From the NCBI GenBank assembly GCA_013289665.1, contig JABCZN010000011.1, positions 31,023-95,022 on the forward strand: a DNA stretch of 64,000 bases, given 5' to 3'. This document shows positions 61,581-64,000 of this stretch, piece after piece. This DNA comes from Acidobacteriota bacterium (GTDB lineage: Bacteria > Acidobacteriota > Terriglobia > Acidiferrales > UBA7541). The notes under the pieces are model-generated. The model was not told where the DNA came from. It made no database searches and saw only the letters and a list, made by a program, of their open reading frames with translations. The position numbers and the translations under genes are program-made. How positions within the stretch are numbered: the first letter of the stretch is position 1; every line of letters starts with the position of its first letter.

Positions 61581-62768
61581 CTAGCGGCGGGCGACCGCTT
61601 CGACGGCGTTGCCAAGTCCCGCAGCCTTACGCAGGGCGTCGGCGCGGTCGGTATTCTCCCAAGTGAACCCGGGTCCGGTGCGGCCGAAGTGGCCATAGGC
61701 CGCTGTCTGCTTGTAGACCGGGCGCCGGAGATCGAGCGTCTCGATAATGGCCTTCGGGGTGAGCGAAAAATTCTGACGCACCAGTTCGGTGATTTTTTCT
61801 TCCGGGATCACACCGGTGCCGAACGTATCCACCATCACGGAGACGGGTTCGGCGACTCCGATGGCGTAGGCGAGCTGCACCTCAGCGCGGCTGGCCAGCC
61901 CGGCGGCAACTATGTTTTTGGCGATGTAGCGCGCCATGTAGCAGGCGGAGCGGTCAACTTTCGAAGGATCTTTTCCCGAGAAGGCGCCGCCGCCGTGCCG
62001 GCTGTAGCCGCCGTAGGAATCCACGATGATTTTGCGGCCGGTGAGGCCGGCGTCGCCCATCGGCCCGCCGATGACGAAGCGCCCCGTCGGGTTGATGTGA
62101 TATTTGGTTTTGGCGTCAAGCATGTGGGCCGGAATGATCGGCTTGATCACGTACTCCATAATCGCGTGGCGCAGATCCTCATTGGGCACGGTGTCGCTGT
62201 GTTGGGTGGAGATGACCACGGTGTCGACGCGAACCGGCTTGCCATTGCGGTATTCAACGCTGACCTGAGATTTTCCATCGGGGCGGAGGAAATCAACTTT
62301 CTTGCTCTTGCGGACTTCAGAGAGGCGCTGCGTGAGGCGGTGAGCGAGCTGGATCGGCATGGGCATGAGTTCTTCGGTTTCGTCGCAGGCATAGCCGAAC
62401 ATCAGACCCTGGTCGCCGGCGCCGCCGGTGTCAACGCCCATCGCGATATCGGGCGACTGGCGCTTGATCGTGCACATCACCGCGCAGGTGGTGGAATCGA
62501 AACCAAAAAGGGCGTCGTCGTAGCCGACCTGCTCGACGGTCTTGCGGATCAGATCATCGTAGTCGATGATGGCCGTAGTCGTAATCTCACCGGCAACGAC
62601 GACCAATCCGGTCGTTACCAAAGTTTCGCAGGCGACCCGGCCCTTGGGGTCCTGGCGCATGACTTCATCGAGTACCGCGTCCGAAATCTGGTCGGCAATT
62701 TTATCCGGGTGGCCTTCTGTCACCGATTCGGAGGTGAACAGAAAGTTGCGCATGTTTCCGTCGCTCAA
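61581..62768 (-). CDS. metK: S-adenosylmethionine synthetase
   Basis: [28 protein letters not shown]; GAGGAG SD before the TTG at 62768 (alternative ATG at 62753). Confidence 0.97.
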   Translation of the reverse strand: MSDGNMRNFLFTSESVTEGHPDKIADQISDAVLDEVMRQDPKGRVACETLVTTGLVVVAGEITTTAIIDYDDLIRKTVEQVGYDDALFGFDSTTCAVMCTIKRQSPDIAMGVDTGGAGDQGLMFGYACDETEELMPMPIQLAHRLTQRLSEVRKSKKVDFLRPDGKSQVSVEYRNGKPVRVDTVVISTQHSDTVPNEDLRHAIMEYVIKPIIPAHMLDAKTKYHINPTGRFVIGGPMGDAGLTGRKIIVDSYGGYSRHGGGAFSGKDPSKVDRSACYMARYIAKNIVAAGLASRAEVQLAYAIGVAEPVSVMVDTFGTGVIPEEKITELVRQNFSLTPKAIIETLDLRRPVYKQTAAYGHFGRTGPGFTWENTDRADALRKAAGLGNAVEAVARR

Positions 62769-62862
62769 AACAATCTCCTCTATATTCGACTTCTTTTTTG
62801 GGAAGGTGTGAAACACCCCATAGGGCCTACGTGCCGGAGGCAAAGCAGACTCTAACCAAATC

Positions 62863-62891
62863 AGAGTAGCACCGGCTGGAAGCGGAATCAA
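62863..62891 (-). promoter_or_regulatory. Candidate sigma70 promoter for metK-ahcY
   Basis: TTGATT, 17 nt, TACTCT on the minus strand. Confidence 0.5.
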
Positions 62892-63089
62892 CGTATTGAT
62901 TTTGCACGGGTTATGGATGCAGCGAGTGGCAGAAATCGGGCATTGAACTGAAACTAAAGGCATTTAGCGGCGACCGGAGCGGGTGGCCGATCGGGAAAAC
63001 TCAGACTGCCCGGTCTCGGGAAAGCGCGACCCGTAGCAAGGCCCCCGCCAGAGAAGGCGGCCGCTAGAACGGCAAGAGCAGACCGCGGG

Positions 63090-64000
63090 CTAGGCGTCGT
63101 CGGTGTCGTCGGTCGTGACTTCGAGTTTACCTTTGGTTTTCTTGGCCATCAGGTAGGTGCGGATGAAGGGGTTGAGATCGCCATCGAGGACGCGATCGAT
63201 GTCGCCGACGCTGAACTTGGTGCGGTGGTCCTTGATCAGGCGATAGGGCTGCATGATGTAGGAACGGATCTGGCTGCCGAAGGAGATGTCGAGTTTGGAT
63301 TCGTCGAGGCGGTCGGTTTCGTCACGGCGTTTTTGAATCTCCAGGTCGTAAAGTTTCGAGCGCAACATCTTCATGGCCATTTCACGGTTCTTGTGCTGGC
63401 TGCGCTGCATCTGGCAGGCAACAATGATTCCGCTCGGAATGTGCGTGATACGCACGGCGGTTTCCACTTTGTTTACGTTCTGGCCGCCCTTGCCGCCGGC
63501 GCGGAAGGTATCGAGCTTCAGGTCGTCCGGCTTGATGTTGATTTCGATGCGGTCGTCCACTTCAGGAATGACAAAGACGGAAGCGAACGAAGTATGGCGG
63601 CGCGCGGCCTGATCGAAAGGCGAAATGCGCACCAGCCGGTGCACGCCGGTTTCGCCGGAGAGCAGGCCGTACGCGTTTTCGCCGCTGAATTCGATCGTGG
63701 CGTTCTTGATGCCGGCTTCTTCGCCGGGGGTTTCGTCGAGCAGGTTGGCGGTGATTCCGTCGCGCTCTGCCCAACGCAAATACATTCGCAGCAGAATCGA
63801 AGCCCAGTCCTGCGACTCGGTGCCGCCGGCGCCGGGCTTGATGGTCATGATGGCGTTCAGGTGGTCGTTCTCGCCGGAGAGCAGCGTCTGAGTCTCCAGT
63901 TCACCGATATAGGTATCCGCGGCGGTAAGTTCCCGGCTGAGGTCCTTCAGCAATTCCTCTTTTTGCTCGGCATTCGATTCACCTTTGGCGAGCTCGATGT
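63090..64000 (-). CDS. prfB: Peptide chain release factor 2 (5'-partial)
   Basis: SPF recognition tripeptide, GGQ motif, RHTSFASV. Confidence 0.95.
   Translation of the reverse strand, partial: IELAKGESNAEQKEELLKDLSRELTAADTYIGELETQTLLSGENDHLNAIMTIKPGAGGTESQDWASILLRMYLRWAERDGITANLLDETPGEEAGIKNATIEFSGENAYGLLSGETGVHRLVRISPFDQAARRHTSFASVFVIPEVDDRIEINIKPDDLKLDTFRAGGKGGQNVNKVETAVRITHIPSGIIVACQMQRSQHKNREMAMKMLRSKLYDLEIQKRRDETDRLDESKLDISFGSQIRSYIMQPYRLIKDHRTKFSVGDIDRVLDGDLNPFIRTYLMAKKTKGKLEVTTDDTDDA

Noticed and set aside
63090-64000. prfB programmed +1 frameshift site
   Set aside because: It would lie near the gene's 5' end, outside this window

Overview
GC-rich bacterial chromosome segment. Gene content and repeat style suggest Acidobacteriota (inference). 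Core and metabolic genes run as follows: M1 aminopeptidase C-terminus; glycerate kinase and glyoxylate reductase divergent from glcDEF; an ECF sigma/anti-sigma locus; tRNA-Ser(GGA) and tRNA-Gln(TTG); a three-gene nonulosonate/bacillosamine-type sugar cluster; galM; a Tat flavoprotein; TMEM175; a patatin-barrel protein; and prfB-metK-ahcY-tldD-tldE-gltB-lysR. A ~10 kb integrase-less island (~12.2-22.1 kb) sits at the tRNA-Ser 3' end and carries regulators plus several gene fragments. The most striking locus is at 43.6-49.3 kb. It is a dinB-dnaE2 cassette with no imuA, preceded by a sigma70 promoter containing a LexA-type box and a ~150-nt rod-like leader. Both polymerase genes have absorbed, in frame, short palindromic REP-like elements that otherwise lie between genes. 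A ~24-nt element repeatedly nests inside other repeats. No CRISPR array, rRNA or intact transposase/integrase was seen. All family calls come from motif recognition by eye; no database searches were run.
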